A stretch of 14,482 bases of DNA from positions 1 through 14,482 of the forward strand of contig JAXMNT010000091.1 in the NCBI GenBank assembly GCA_034670305.1, given 5' to 3'. The first letter of the stretch is position 1; each line of letters opens with the position of its first letter. A program made the position numbers and the translations under genes. Origin of the DNA: Deltaproteobacteria bacterium. GTDB taxonomy: Bacteria; Myxococcota_A; Polyangia; Polyangiales; Houyiibacteriaceae. Below the pieces are notes generated by a model. It was given only the letters and a program-made list of their open reading frames with translations, was not told the DNA's origin and ran no database searches. Positions 14,446 through 14,482 of this stretch are shown one piece after another.

Positions 14446-14482
14446 TCCGCGGGCAAGGGCAAAGGCAAGGGCAGGGGCAAGG
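14407..14482 (+). repeat. Terminal direct repeat, identical to 1-76
   Basis: Exact 76-nt match to the window start. Confidence 0.97.

Larger units (their letters stand above)
13879..14482. mobile_element. IS5-like non-autonomous composite element (left end and body; continues through the window junction to 123)
   Basis: Begins CTAG-caggtcgctgaaaa, inverted relative to cttcagcaacctg-CTAG at 107-123. Contains a DDE transposase C-terminal remnant pointing toward this end. Confidence 0.6.

Noticed and set aside
1-14482. Plasmid or phage genome
   Set aside because: Despite the terminal repeat there are no rep, par, relaxase, integrase or virion genes; the content looks chromosomal.

Overview
High-GC (roughly 70% by eye), myxobacterium-like (inferred) window with 11 credible CDSs. 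These encode: a radical SAM/SPASM enzyme of the PlpX 'splicease'-like type directly downstream of a Zn-ribbon/lipobox/Ala-Glu-stalk protein ending in an XYG motif (LIYGLPGL); a small membrane protein; a secreted probable outer-membrane protein; a VOC protein; a Tat-signal intradiol dioxygenase-like protein; a TerB-like protein; a membrane hypothetical; a ClpB paralogue with a degenerate first ATPase domain; an MsbA-like ABC exporter; and a sigma54-type operon of a Cys-rich lipoprotein plus an Flp pilin. The non-coding DNA is highly structured: two gene-terminal hexamer ladders, a ~625 bp modular hairpin repeat array, and a nested IS5-like non-autonomous element holding transposase and four-helix-bundle remnants plus a 73 bp mini-insertion. 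The first 76 bp of the window are identical to the last 76 bp, and that element spans the junction. The best candidate for a new system is a membrane-anchored lipoprotein that may carry a radical-SAM-installed ketoamide at the end of a long helical stalk. All calls come from reading motifs by eye; no database searches were run.
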